29,840 bases of DNA, from the NCBI GenBank assembly GCA_040289575.1, contig PSLL01000002.1:26873-56712 (forward strand), written 5' to 3'. Origin of the DNA: Candidatus Dadabacteria bacterium (GTDB taxonomy: Bacteria > Desulfobacterota_D > UBA1144 > Nemesobacterales > CSP1-2). The notes below the pieces were generated by a model, which had not been told where the DNA came from, made no database searches, and saw nothing but the letters and a program-made list of their open reading frames with translations. A program made the position numbers and the translations under genes. Below, in pieces: positions 9,734 through 19,424 of this stretch. Numbering within the stretch: position 1 is the first letter of the stretch; every line of letters begins with the position of its first letter.

Positions 9734-11671
9734 ATGAAAAGGTCGACTAAAAAGAGAAAGGAAGACAAAAGAAATAAAATCGGAAAAATTAAAGCAGAAG
9801 TCCCCTCCTCTGATAAGACCGGCTCAATTGGAAGATTGGTTAAGCATAAAATACCTGTTGCGATTTTTTTGTTCTTTATTTGTTTTATTGTGTTTGCCAC
9901 TTCTCTGAGAAATGACTTTGTTTGGGATGATGTGTATTACATAAAGAGTAGACCCGACTACTTTAAATTGTCTAATATAAACTCTGGGTTATTCCTTGGT
10001 ATTAGAGGAAATAGAGAATTTTCATATTACCGCCCAATCCTGTTTATCTCATTTGCGATAGACCACGAACTTGGGGGGCTTTCTCCATTTGGATTTCACC
10101 TAAGTAATATTATTTTTTATTCCTTATCAACAGTTTTATTCTACGTTTTGGCCCTTTTTGTATTTGAAGGATTCGGTGTGGGTGGAAAAGATGCAAAGGC
10201 ATTCTTATCTTCGCTTTTTTTTGCTTTTTATCCCACTCATGTTGAATCGGTCTCATGGATTTCGGGAAGAATGGATTTGCTCTGTAGCCTGTTTCTCTTT
10301 CTGGCATTTGTATTTCACGTACTTTCTTATAGAAGATTGAGCTTCTTGATATTGACCGGCATCTGTTTTTCTCTTTCTCTTCTTTCAAAAGAAGTCGCCG
10401 TTGTTTTTCCAGTAGTTGTCTTAGTGTTTGATGTGCTCAGGTGTAGATTTAAAAATCGCGACAATATATTGAGGTATGCTGTTTATGGGGTTTTAATCTT
10501 AATTTATTTCTATTTAAGGGGAAAGGTAATCCCTCCCGAATCTCATATTGGAGGTGTGCACCAGTCTGCCAATGATACCTATAAAATTATTCAAATTTGG
10601 CAGGCTCTAGGGGTTCTTCTACGGACTTATCTCTTCTATATAAAAAAGCTCCTTTTCCCCTTTGACCTAAATCCGTTTATAACAACTGTGCCACAGGGTC
10701 TTTACTATTCGATCTCCTCGATCCTTGTTATTTTGCTTTTGTGTGTCGCCGGTTTTATATCAATACGGAGAAAGGAATATGTTACCCCATTTAGCATATT
10801 TTGGGTCTTTGTTACTCTAGGACCCTCTTCTCTTGTTACGATTATTCCGCTTACCGCAACGCCTCTTGCCGATCGGTACTTATACATTCCTTCTGCTGGG
10901 TACTGCTTGCTCATAGGCTATTTAATAATAGAATTTAAGAAAGAGAGGATGAGGTTATTATGCTATGCCCTGGGCTTTGCCCTTTGTCTATTCTATTTGT
11001 TTTTCACAATTAGGGGGCAGGGTATATGGAAAGATGACTTGACCTTTTGGAGAGATATATCGAAAAGGTCTCCTGATCGATTTATTCCTCATATAAACTA
11101 TGGGGCGGCGCTGAGGGATGTGGGAAGAACGGATGAGGCGATCGAGGAGTTTCTAACTGCATTTAACATTGCTGGTGAGGGCAATAGGAAGGCAAGGGCT
11201 ATGACGGCAACTGATATTGGAATTGCATATACAGATAAAGGGGACTATAAGAATGCGGAGGAGTGGTTGGTTAGGGCTCTTGATTACGATCCTACATACG
11301 AGGATGCGAATTTTCAGATGGGTTATATTTATTTTGTAAAATGGGACCTTAAGAATGCAGAAGAATGGTTTCTTAAAGCCCTCAGATATGATCCGGGTGA
11401 TGAAAGGGTGTATTATCACTTGGGCGCTACTTATCTCCTGAGGGCTGAACGTGAAAATTATGCCCCCGGTTATGAGATGGCACAGAGGTATTTGAAAAGG
11501 GCATTAGAGATATCGGACTCTCATGGAGATACACACCTTGTTTTGGCGAAGGTCTACTTTGACACCGGAGAGAGAGAAAAAGCGAGAGAGCACGCCAAGA
11601 AGGCACTTCAAATGGGACTTACCGAACCGTTGGCTAAACAAGCGCGGGATATATTGAATGCGAATAATTAG
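9734..11671 (+). CDS. TMTC-like GT-C membrane glycosyltransferase with C-terminal TPR repeats
   Basis: FVWDD, YYRP, GFHLSN, HVESVSWISGR, SKE and ADRYLYIPS motifs across about 10 TM segments, followed by TPR repeats (e.g. YKNAEEWLVRALDYDP / LKNAEEWFLKALRYDP). Confidence 0.85.
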   Translation: MKRSTKKRKEDKRNKIGKIKAEVPSSDKTGSIGRLVKHKIPVAIFLFFICFIVFATSLRNDFVWDDVYYIKSRPDYFKLSNINSGLFLGIRGNREFSYYRPILFISFAIDHELGGLSPFGFHLSNIIFYSLSTVLFYVLALFVFEGFGVGGKDAKAFLSSLFFAFYPTHVESVSWISGRMDLLCSLFLFLAFVFHVLSYRRLSFLILTGICFSLSLLSKEVAVVFPVVVLVFDVLRCRFKNRDNILRYAVYGVLILIYFYLRGKVIPPESHIGGVHQSANDTYKIIQIWQALGVLLRTYLFYIKKLLFPFDLNPFITTVPQGLYYSISSILVILLLCVAGFISIRRKEYVTPFSIFWVFVTLGPSSLVTIIPLTATPLADRYLYIPSAGYCLLIGYLIIEFKKERMRLLCYALGFALCLFYLFFTIRGQGIWKDDLTFWRDISKRSPDRFIPHINYGAALRDVGRTDEAIEEFLTAFNIAGEGNRKARAMTATDIGIAYTDKGDYKNAEEWLVRALDYDPTYEDANFQMGYIYFVKWDLKNAEEWFLKALRYDPGDERVYYHLGATYLLRAERENYAPGYEMAQRYLKRALEISDSHGDTHLVLAKVYFDTGEREKAREHAKKALQMGLTEPLAKQARDILNANN

Positions 11672-11686
11672 GATGGCTTATATACT

Positions 11687-12445
11687 TTACTCCACATAAT
11701 TCCTCAGGATTCCTATTCCCTCAATCTCTACCTCGACCTCATCGCCGCTTTTCATGGGGCCTATTCCCGATGGGGTTCCTGTGGCGATTATATCCCCTGG
11801 AAGGAGGGTCATGACCCTTGATATAAAGCTTATGAGCCTTGGAATATTAAATATAAGCTCGGATGTGCGGGAGTGTTGTTTTCTCTCACCGTTAAGAAAC
11901 GTTGAGATTTGGATATCACTTGGGTCGAGCTCTGTCTCTATTACAGGCCCCATTGGAGCAAATGTGTCAAACCCCTTTGCCCTTGTGTATTGCACATCTT
12001 TTGCCTGAAGGTCTCGCGCCGTAACGTCATTTATACACGTGTATCCAAAGACATAATTTAGGGCATCGTCCTCACTTACCCATTTTGTCCTTTTCCCAAT
12101 TACTACGGCAAGCTCGCCTTCGTAATCAACCCGCGAGGACATGTATTTTGGGTATATGATTTTGTCCTCATGTCCTATTAAGGCAGTAGTAGGCTTCATA
12201 AAAATCAAAGGCTCTTCAGGGGGAGACTTTTTCATCTCAGCCGCATGGTCTCTGTAATTAAGCCCTACGGCTACGATCTTGGTTGGAAAGCAAGGGGGAA
12301 GGAATTTGATCTCGGTTGGGCGATGCTCGATTTGGGTGACTTTATATCCTCCGAATATATCACCCTTGATCTCGGAAACTATGTCGCCTTCGAGAAGTCC
12401 GAACCTGATATCTCCATCCTTGCTTTCAAATCTAAGAAGCTTCAC
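11687..12445 (-). CDS. Fumarylacetoacetate hydrolase family protein
   Basis: KIVAVGLNYRDHA, FMKP, VDYEGELAVVIGK, NDVTARDLQ, RAKGFDTFAPMGP, GDIIATGTPSGIG; GTG start. Confidence 0.95.
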   Translation of the reverse strand: MKLLRFESKDGDIRFGLLEGDIVSEIKGDIFGGYKVTQIEHRPTEIKFLPPCFPTKIVAVGLNYRDHAAEMKKSPPEEPLIFMKPTTALIGHEDKIIYPKYMSSRVDYEGELAVVIGKRTKWVSEDDALNYVFGYTCINDVTARDLQAKDVQYTRAKGFDTFAPMGPVIETELDPSDIQISTFLNGERKQHSRTSELIFNIPRLISFISRVMTLLPGDIIATGTPSGIGPMKSGDEVEVEIEGIGILRNYVE

Positions 12446-12457
12446 GATTCACTTTTT

Positions 12458-12497
12458 TGTCATTGCGAGCGCGTTCGTTTTACTCCTCGCAATGACA
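12458..12497. repeat. TGTCATTGCGAG...CTCGCAATGACA inverted repeat (CGTC/TGTC-class REP-like element)
   Basis: Perfect 12-bp arms at 12458-12469 and 12486-12497 with a 16-nt loop. Confidence 0.7.
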
Positions 12498-12551
12498 GTC
12501 TTCTTTTTTCTCTTCAAATTACGGATTGTTTACGGCACGTTGTAATAATCT

Positions 12552-13337
12552 CTACTTTCCCTTAAAAGACGGCTCCCTTTTTTCAAGAAACGCCCTCATA
12601 CCCTCGACCCTGTCTTCGCTGTCGAAGCATAGGGAAACGAGGGTTTTTTCAAGAAGAAGTGCCTTTTTGAGATCCATCTCCGAGCCTGCGTTGATTGCGG
12701 TTTTGGCAAGCCTCACCGCCGTTGGTCCCCTTTTTGCAATTGTATGGGCGAGGCTTCTGGCCTCTTCCATCACCTTATCGTGAGAGACTACCTTCTCTAC
12801 AAGACCGATTCTCTCTGCCTCTTTTGCATCTATCATCTCTCCTGTAAAGACGAGTTCCTTTGTTTTTCCGAGCCCTAGAACCCGTGTTACCCTCTGAGTT
12901 CCGCCCCATCCGGGGAATATTCCGAGTTTTACCTCAGGGAATCCGAGTTTTGCCCTATCCGAGGCAATTCTAATGTCGCAGGCAAGGGCAAGTTCACAGC
13001 CGCCGCCCAGGGCATATCCGTTTATTGCTGCAATACAGGGGCTTGGGTCGCTCTCTATAAGCTCGTAGACCTTGTGTGCGAAATCTACGTATTCCTGGAA
13101 TTCTCTGTCTTTCATATTGGACATCTCACCGATGTCTGCCCCAGCGACGAAGGCCCTATCACCTGCGCCTGTAACGATTAGGGCTTTTAGATTCTCTTTG
13201 GGAAGCACATCTTCGAGAAACCTTCTGAGTTCGCGAAGCGTCTGCCAGTTAAGGGCATTGAGCACCTTTGGACGGTTTATAGTGAGAATCCCTATATTGT
13301 CGGACTCTCTTTCATATACAATAAATTCAAATCCCAT
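12552..13337 (-). CDS. Enoyl-CoA hydratase / crotonase
   Basis: INRPKVLNAL, AFVAGADI, GYALGGGCELALACDIR, PEVKLGIFPGWGGTQR (both catalytic Glu present). Confidence 0.95.
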   Translation of the reverse strand: MGFEFIVYERESDNIGILTINRPKVLNALNWQTLRELRRFLEDVLPKENLKALIVTGAGDRAFVAGADIGEMSNMKDREFQEYVDFAHKVYELIESDPSPCIAAINGYALGGGCELALACDIRIASDRAKLGFPEVKLGIFPGWGGTQRVTRVLGLGKTKELVFTGEMIDAKEAERIGLVEKVVSHDKVMEEARSLAHTIAKRGPTAVRLAKTAINAGSEMDLKKALLLEKTLVSLCFDSEDRVEGMRAFLEKREPSFKGK

Positions 13338-13427
13338 TGTAATTCTCCTCGTCTCTTCTTCTGGAATTTGAGATAAGTTATCCCGACTGAGAGAGGCTTG
13401 TCAACCACTTAAAGTTCTATCCAGTTT

Positions 13428-14165
13428 TCAATATTTCACCTCTTTAAGAAAGAGTCCCATTGCGGGGGCGGTAATTACGAAATTCTTTCTTTCCCCCGAC
13501 TCTAGGATTTCTCGAAAATCCTCATGTGTAATTTTTCCCTTTCCTACCTGAACAAGTGTTCCGACAATTAGCCGAACCATACCTTTAAGGAACCCAGTTG
13601 CCTCAATCTCAAATTCAATTCGACCATCCGGTTTTGCCCTGAGTTCTGCACTTAGAACCCTCCGCACCGTGGTCTTTACACCAAGCTTGGATAGGGCAAA
13701 TCCGCGAAAATCGTGTTCGCCGATGACCATTCGGGCGGCCTCATCCATTTGATATAGATTTAAACGGTCTGATATAAACCAAACTCTAAACCTTTCGAGT
13801 GCCGATGGATAATCGCGGTTTAAGATCACATAGATGTAGACCTTACTTTTGGCACTGAGCTGTGAGTGGAAACTTAAATCCACATCCTCCGCCTCTTTAA
13901 TAACAATGTCTTTGGGAAGAATTGAGTTAAGTGCCTTCTGAAACTGAATGGGTGTCATCTTAGATTCTGTTTTGAAGTTTGCCACCTGAGCCAGTGCGTG
14001 AACCCCCGAATCTGTTCTTCCCGACCCGATAACAGTTATTCTCTCCCCTGTAATCCTCTCCAGTGCGGTTTCTAAAACCTCCTGGATTGTATCCCCTTGA
14101 GGCTGTCTCTGCCAGCCCAGGTAGTTCGTGCCGTCATATTCAATAATGAGCTTGATATTTCTCAT
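13428..14165 (-). CDS. truA: tRNA pseudouridine(38-40) synthase
   Basis: YDGTNYLGWQRQ, GSGRTDSGVHA, GEHDF, GFLKGMVRLIVG, TAPAMGLFL. Confidence 0.97.
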   Translation of the reverse strand: MRNIKLIIEYDGTNYLGWQRQPQGDTIQEVLETALERITGERITVIGSGRTDSGVHALAQVANFKTESKMTPIQFQKALNSILPKDIVIKEAEDVDLSFHSQLSAKSKVYIYVILNRDYPSALERFRVWFISDRLNLYQMDEAARMVIGEHDFRGFALSKLGVKTTVRRVLSAELRAKPDGRIEFEIEATGFLKGMVRLIVGTLVQVGKGKITHEDFREILESGERKNFVITAPAMGLFLKEVKY

Positions 14166-14300
14166 TAGTAGATTTATTTAGCCACAAGTAAGCACGAATA
14201 TATACAAACAGAAGAATACAGAAAACAGTAGACACAATATAGGGGAAAAACTTCTGACTTCTAGCTCCTATATCCTGATTTCATTTTTGTTAATTCGTGT

Positions 14301-15230
14301 CTAGGTTTTACCCTTTTCAAACTTTATTCTTGGGTCTAAAATCACATAGAGTATATCAACGATGAGATTGGCGGTTACGAGGATTGCTGTATATACGATT
14401 GTAATCCCCATAATGAGTGGATAGTCCCTATTTGATACCGCAAACACGAAGAATCTTCCCATTCCTGGGATTGCAAATATGTACTCTACTACGAAGGACC
14501 CCGTAACGAGGTACGCCGCAATGGGCCCTAAGACCGTAACGACCGGTATAAGTGCGTTTCTAAGTATGTGTTTTATCACCACCCTGGTCTCACTGAGTCC
14601 CTTTGCCCTTGCCGTCCTTACAAACGGGTTTTCGGAGACCTCGAGCATGCTCCCCCTTGTAAGACGGGCAAGGTAAGCGGCTGGTGCGGATGCAAGTGTA
14701 AGGGTTGGAAGCACCATATGCTCCGGCCTTCCCCAGAGTGCGGCGGGAAACCATCCCAATTTTACAGAGAGCAAATAGATTAGCCCCGCACCTACTACAA
14801 AGCTCGGGAGCGATACAAGGGCTATGGCAAAAGAGGCGGTAAAGAGGTCAAGAATCCCCCTTGGCCGCGCGGCTGAGATTACCCCTATTGTGGTGCCGAT
14901 TGCAATGGAGACTAGAAGCGCGACTATTCCCAGTTTTAAAGAAACGGGAAGGGTCTCCTGTATTATGTCTCCAACGGTTCTGTCAACGTATTTATATGAT
15001 GGACCAAAGTCCCCGTGCACCAAGCCCCATAAGTACCTTGCATACTGATTCCATAGTGGCTGATCCAGCCTGTATTTTTCCTCTATATTTTTGCGAATCT
15101 CTGGAGGGATTTTCTTCTCAATATCAAATGGGCCGCCTGGGAGGACTCTCAGTATAAAGAATGTAAGTGTAGATACAACTAAGACGACCAAAGCGCCGGT
15201 TGAGGCGCGATGCAGAATGAATTTGATCAT
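14301..15230 (-). CDS. oppB: Oligopeptide/dipeptide ABC transporter permease (OppB/DppB-like)
   Basis: PGGPF, GDFGPSY, EAA loop FVRTARAKGL, KHILRNALIPVVT, IFAIPGMG, RDYP, LDPRI. Confidence 0.88.
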   Translation of the reverse strand: MIKFILHRASTGALVVLVVSTLTFFILRVLPGGPFDIEKKIPPEIRKNIEEKYRLDQPLWNQYARYLWGLVHGDFGPSYKYVDRTVGDIIQETLPVSLKLGIVALLVSIAIGTTIGVISAARPRGILDLFTASFAIALVSLPSFVVGAGLIYLLSVKLGWFPAALWGRPEHMVLPTLTLASAPAAYLARLTRGSMLEVSENPFVRTARAKGLSETRVVIKHILRNALIPVVTVLGPIAAYLVTGSFVVEYIFAIPGMGRFFVFAVSNRDYPLIMGITIVYTAILVTANLIVDILYVILDPRIKFEKGKT

Positions 15231-15273
15231 TCACCGAATGATACGATTTCTGGCCGTTAACCAAACTTACCGA

Positions 15274-17958
15274 TTAACCGCTATCCCTTCTTACCGCAAC
15301 GCTTTCCCTGGAGACCAGCCCTTCCTTATCCTTTGCGAGTATGGTTATCAAGTTGGTCCCTTTATTCAGTTTTACCTTTACAGATATTGCGACCTCTTTG
15401 CCGGCTGATGGGAGAAGCGCGACTTTATCATCTCCTACGAACACATTTACGAGTTCGACCCCATCTTTATCCTTTACGGACCCCTTTATGGCTAACTCCT
15501 GAGACGTAGTAGAGAGCGGGGGATTTAATATAGTTATGTATGGAGGCTCGTCGAACCCCCCCTTTGCAGTATTCCCTTGGGGGAAATGAATCTTATCCGT
15601 AAGCCCCTCTCTAAAGGTTTCATCCAGAATCCCAAGCTCTAGATCGAATACAGGCCTTTTCACAGCGAATGTGAATGTTGCCTCTTTTATGTCGCCGGGA
15701 TTTAATTGATCAAGTCCAAACCTTCCTGTCTTTAAGAACACCGCGTCGCCTGAGAGGTTTTTAAGTGTCAATATGCTTTTCTCAGACGGCCCATTTCCGG
15801 TGTTCTTCACCTTTACAAGGAGCCCTACGACCTCGCCCGGTTCTGGGATCCCATTGCCATTGCCTGAGGAGCCAAACCTACCATCGTCTACAATCTCGTA
15901 ATTAAAGGCAAAGGCCGGTCTTGGAAGCCCATCGATCTCTACTTTAAATCTAAAATCTGGTAGTGTCGTTTTATATGCGTCTTCAAAATTGAGTGTGATT
16001 TCATCCTCCCTTGTAATGGCTCCTTTCGGAATCTCAAACGTGACGCTCCACTGCCTCTTTTCGCCGGGGGCGAGTTTTCCAAATATAAACTCCTTTCCGT
16101 CGAAAACCGGATTATTGGACCTTGTCATAGCCCTCAGCCTGTAAAGAGTCACCGTCCCGGGGTTTTCCACCTCGGCATGGACCCTGAGATTATCTCCGGC
16201 TTTAACCTTGGCTGGAGACGGCGTTATCTTAACTGAGATCCCTGGAGTGCCCGATACATTATTACCAACAGACCAATCAACGCCGTCTTTCTGCCATCTC
16301 TCCTCTATCTTTTTTCCCTCATTTTTGGAAATCTGATTTATTTCGCCCTCAATCTGACTTAGAATTTCTTTTCTAGAGATTGAATTTGACCCGGATATAA
16401 TCTCTTTAGCGACCTTAATGGAGAAGTCGCTCTCAATCTTTTTCCTCTTTTCCTCCCTACTCAAGGCCTCTTCAGGGGTTTCTTCGCCATCATTTTTATT
16501 CTCCTTTGGTGTTTCAAGGTATATTATGGAGTATATGGGTTTCTCCCTATTATTTGCCCTTTTCTGTCCATCTAATTGCTCCCTTATATGGTCTTGAGGG
16601 ATGTCGAAGGGTTTGTCTCTCGATACCATCACGGGGTCAAGCTCAACATCAGGCGTGATCCCTATATCTTGAATTGATATATCACCCGGTGTGAGATAAT
16701 GGGCTATTGTGAGCTTGAGTGCGGAGCCGTCGTTTAGATCAAAGATCTGCTGCACCGAGCCCTTGCCAAATGTCCGCTCTCCAACAAGTACAGCCCTTTC
16801 ATTGTTCTTCAATGCTCCCGCTACGATCTCGGATGCACTCGCGCTTCCGGAGTCTGCGAGTATTACAATCTTTCCGCCGAATTCGTAGTCTTCGGGAACC
16901 GCATGGTATGGCTTCTTAGAATCCCCAGTCCATGTAGTGACTATGACTCCGCTTTTTAAAAATAGGTTTGAGATCCTCTCAGCCTGATCGAGGAGCCCAC
17001 CGGGATTTCCTCTAAGGTCAAGTATAATTCCCTTGAGATTATTGTCGTTTTTCTTGAGGCTCCTTAGTCCGGCTCTCAGGCTATCAAGTGTATTTCTCTG
17101 AAAGTCCCTTATCCTTATATACCCGACTCCGTCCCCCAGATTATAGGCTTCAACGCTCTCAATCTTGATTACGTCCCTTACAATTGAGAACTTCTTAGGC
17201 TCCGAGAACCCTTCCCTCATTATGTATATATTTGCGCTTGTTCCTTTGGGGCCTCTTAGCTTTCCTACGGCCTCTATAAGGGACATGTTCACGGTGGATT
17301 CGTCTTCAATCTGGACGATTCTGTCATTGGGTTTTATCCCGGCGTTATATGCAGGGGTTCCCTCAATAGGGGCAATTACCGTAAGCTGTCCGTCTTTAAT
17401 CCCTATTACAATTCCAAGCCCGCCGAAGCTCCCTTCGGTCTCAACCATAAATTCCTTGTAGACCTGGGGTGTGATGATGCCGGAGTGGTGGTCTAGTGTC
17501 TCGAGCATCCCATCTATTACAGCATATTCAACGTTCTGAATCGAGGGGTCTTTTGACGTCAGTCGGGGCTTTATGAATTGAAAGACCTCTTCAATAGTGT
17601 CCGTCAGTGTATCGAGGTCAGAGACCTTTGTCATATCGAATGCCTTTTCGTCCTTTAGCACCTGAACCCTAAATGATGGGCTGTTTTCTCCATCGGGGAA
17701 GTCAACAAGAACCTCATCTAGGGTTTTCTCAAGCCTTCCGAGCCCGGCAACGAGCATGGTTTTCGGCTTGATGGCGGATTGATTGGCATAGTATCTCTTT
17801 ACATAGTGCATCACCAGTGGAAGTACCTTCAGGCTATCTGCACTCTGGTCTTGTCTCAAATCCTGGGGTTTGGGGGAGAGGAATGAAACGTAGAGCAGTG
17901 GAAGAAGGATTATTATGAGTAGCCGATTCTTTTTCATAAAGTTTAGAATTTTACTCAA
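15274..17958 (-). CDS. Long-form S41 carboxyl-terminal processing protease (MXAN_5808-like) with PDZ and C-terminal beta-rich domains
   Basis: FGGLGI PDZ start, DLRGNPGG, catalytic SASASE and FGKGSVQ, GITPD, plus a long (~400 aa) C-terminal extension. Start may be ATG at 17937. Confidence 0.9.
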   Translation of the reverse strand: MSKILNFMKKNRLLIIILLPLLYVSFLSPKPQDLRQDQSADSLKVLPLVMHYVKRYYANQSAIKPKTMLVAGLGRLEKTLDEVLVDFPDGENSPSFRVQVLKDEKAFDMTKVSDLDTLTDTIEEVFQFIKPRLTSKDPSIQNVEYAVIDGMLETLDHHSGIITPQVYKEFMVETEGSFGGLGIVIGIKDGQLTVIAPIEGTPAYNAGIKPNDRIVQIEDESTVNMSLIEAVGKLRGPKGTSANIYIMREGFSEPKKFSIVRDVIKIESVEAYNLGDGVGYIRIRDFQRNTLDSLRAGLRSLKKNDNNLKGIILDLRGNPGGLLDQAERISNLFLKSGVIVTTWTGDSKKPYHAVPEDYEFGGKIVILADSGSASASEIVAGALKNNERAVLVGERTFGKGSVQQIFDLNDGSALKLTIAHYLTPGDISIQDIGITPDVELDPVMVSRDKPFDIPQDHIREQLDGQKRANNREKPIYSIIYLETPKENKNDGEETPEEALSREEKRKKIESDFSIKVAKEIISGSNSISRKEILSQIEGEINQISKNEGKKIEERWQKDGVDWSVGNNVSGTPGISVKITPSPAKVKAGDNLRVHAEVENPGTVTLYRLRAMTRSNNPVFDGKEFIFGKLAPGEKRQWSVTFEIPKGAITREDEITLNFEDAYKTTLPDFRFKVEIDGLPRPAFAFNYEIVDDGRFGSSGNGNGIPEPGEVVGLLVKVKNTGNGPSEKSILTLKNLSGDAVFLKTGRFGLDQLNPGDIKEATFTFAVKRPVFDLELGILDETFREGLTDKIHFPQGNTAKGGFDEPPYITILNPPLSTTSQELAIKGSVKDKDGVELVNVFVGDDKVALLPSAGKEVAISVKVKLNKGTNLITILAKDKEGLVSRESVAVRRDSG

Positions 17959-18031
17959 GATTTTTTAGATTCTCAAATGATTTGGTCTCTTAATTAAATT
18001 TACCCTAGATTTCTGCATGTATGTAATAATT

Positions 18032-18397
18032 TCAAGCCCCTTTCAATATTTCTTTTACCCTCTCTGTTATGCCTCCAATGGTTATGGGTCTTGGGATTAT
18101 GTTCTTAAATCCCAGATTTTCAATCTCATGTGTTTTTTTCTCAGAAGAGCCTGTCAGTATTAATACGGGCGCGTGGGAATATCCTCTGAGATATTCAATG
18201 TCCCCTGAGATGTTATCCTGAGATTGGGTGTCATAGATTATAATCAGGGGCAGTATTCTGGGGTCGCCAAGCCACCCTTTGGCATCATCCATAGTTTCAA
18301 CTGCAAGCGTTCTTATCCCCTCTTCAATCAACTGGGCTCTTAAGAACGCCCTTTCCCTCCAATCTTTGATTACAACTATTGCGGCTCTGATCTTCAT
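18032..18397 (-). CDS. Stand-alone atypical response-regulator receiver domain
   Basis: 121 aa with CheY-like pattern: IVVIKD, IIIYD (phospho-Asp position), PVLILTG, and IIPRP where KP is expected. Confidence 0.65.
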   Translation of the reverse strand: MKIRAAIVVIKDWRERAFLRAQLIEEGIRTLAVETMDDAKGWLGDPRILPLIIIYDTQSQDNISGDIEYLRGYSHAPVLILTGSSEKKTHEIENLGFKNIIPRPITIGGITERVKEILKGA

Positions 18398-18491
18398 GGC
18401 TTGAAATTATTAGAGACGACTTGCCACAATCCCCACAATAACAAAATACACTGCTTTGTTGCAAACATCTATATGCCCAAATGTCAATCAT

Positions 18492-18525
18492 ATTGTAGAG
18501 ACACGCCATGGCGTGTCTCTACAAT
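18492..18525. repeat. Perfect 34-bp palindrome containing a GTAG-type REP
   Basis: ATTGTAGAGACACGCCA|TGGCGTGTCTCTACAAT. Confidence 0.85.
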
Positions 18526-18630
18526 TGAAACAAAATTTCTATTAATGTGTTTATATTCGAGGTATGTTTATCTTGAAGTGAAGGGTCTGTGTGTTAGACT
18601 TTCAAAGATTATTTTAAGGAGGACAGATTT

Positions 18631-19104
18631 ATGAAGAGATTGGTGTCGCTTTTAATAGCCGTAAGTCTCCTATTTTCAGTCTTTGGTGTTTCTTCGCTTC
18701 TTTCTTCATGTGCCACAAGCCCGCAAACCTATCAGGGGACAGCTGTGGGTACAGGACTAGGAGCCGTTGCCGGGGCCTTGATTGACAGGCATAATGCATG
18801 GCGTGGGGCCGTAATTGGAGGCATCCTTGGAGGAGTCCTCGGGGGCACAGTCACAGAAATCTCTCAAAGAGCCGCAAGAGAGGCTGCATATGAGGGACGC
18901 CCCGTTGCATATCAGAGTCAAGACGGTTTTCAGAGGGTTGAGGCATATCCGCTTGATTACAATGCCCAGACGAGGTGTCATAAGGTGCGCGAGAGGGTCT
19001 GGCAGGATGACCAGTTGGTAAAGGACGAGGTAAGGGAGGTATGTGAGTCTAAGAGGACAACCCCGGGCTACGGCACAGAGCCGGGGCCTGGCTATGGCTA
19101 TTGA
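18631..19104 (+). CDS. Glycine-zipper lipoprotein
   Basis: AGGAGG SD, lipobox LSSC, Gly-zipper GTAVGTGLGAVAGALI..GAVIGGILGGVLGG. Confidence 0.85.
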   Translation: MKRLVSLLIAVSLLFSVFGVSSLLSSCATSPQTYQGTAVGTGLGAVAGALIDRHNAWRGAVIGGILGGVLGGTVTEISQRAAREAAYEGRPVAYQSQDGFQRVEAYPLDYNAQTRCHKVRERVWQDDQLVKDEVREVCESKRTTPGYGTEPGPGYGY

Positions 19105-19151
19105 TATTGGATGAGAGTCGGCAACAAAATCTCATGAAATTTCATAATGAA

Positions 19152-19180
19152 ATAGGGGCGGGTTTGAAACCCGCCCCTAC
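19152..19180. repeat. GTAG-type REP palindrome; may act as a terminator after the lipoprotein gene
   Basis: (A)TAGGGGCGGGTTT-G-AAACCCGCCCCTA(C), 13-bp arms. Confidence 0.8.
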
Positions 19181-19316
19181 TCTGTCAAAATGTAGGCTCT
19201 TTCACCAAACGATAGCTATGACTGAGAGGGCATCAGTCCCTACGATACTTGCAATGACGTTTATCGGTTTTGTATAATTAGTAATCATGCCGATTTTTAA
19301 ATTTTTTAAAAAGCAC

Positions 19317-19345
19317 TTGACAAGGATTATTATTTGTGATGTAAT
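19317..19345 (+). promoter_or_regulatory. Sigma70 promoter P1
   Basis: TTGACA (19317-22), 17-bp spacer, TGTAAT (19340-45), with an AT-rich upstream tract. Confidence 0.7.
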
Positions 19346-19424
19346 TTGGTCTGTTTATTAAGGAGGACAAAGAAGATAGTAGTGTCTTTGATTGGTGTTA
19401 TTTAAAAGTATTGCAAAAAGCCCC

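Noticed and set aside
15274..17958. S41 protease as the sortase for protein B's C-terminal tail
   Set aside because: Known CTERM signals with a TM segment are cut by membrane-associated sorting enzymes, not S41 proteases; proximity is the only evidence.
18401..18634. 77-aa ORF in the intergenic region
   Set aside because: TTG start, no SD, runs through a REP palindrome, and has no recognisable motif.
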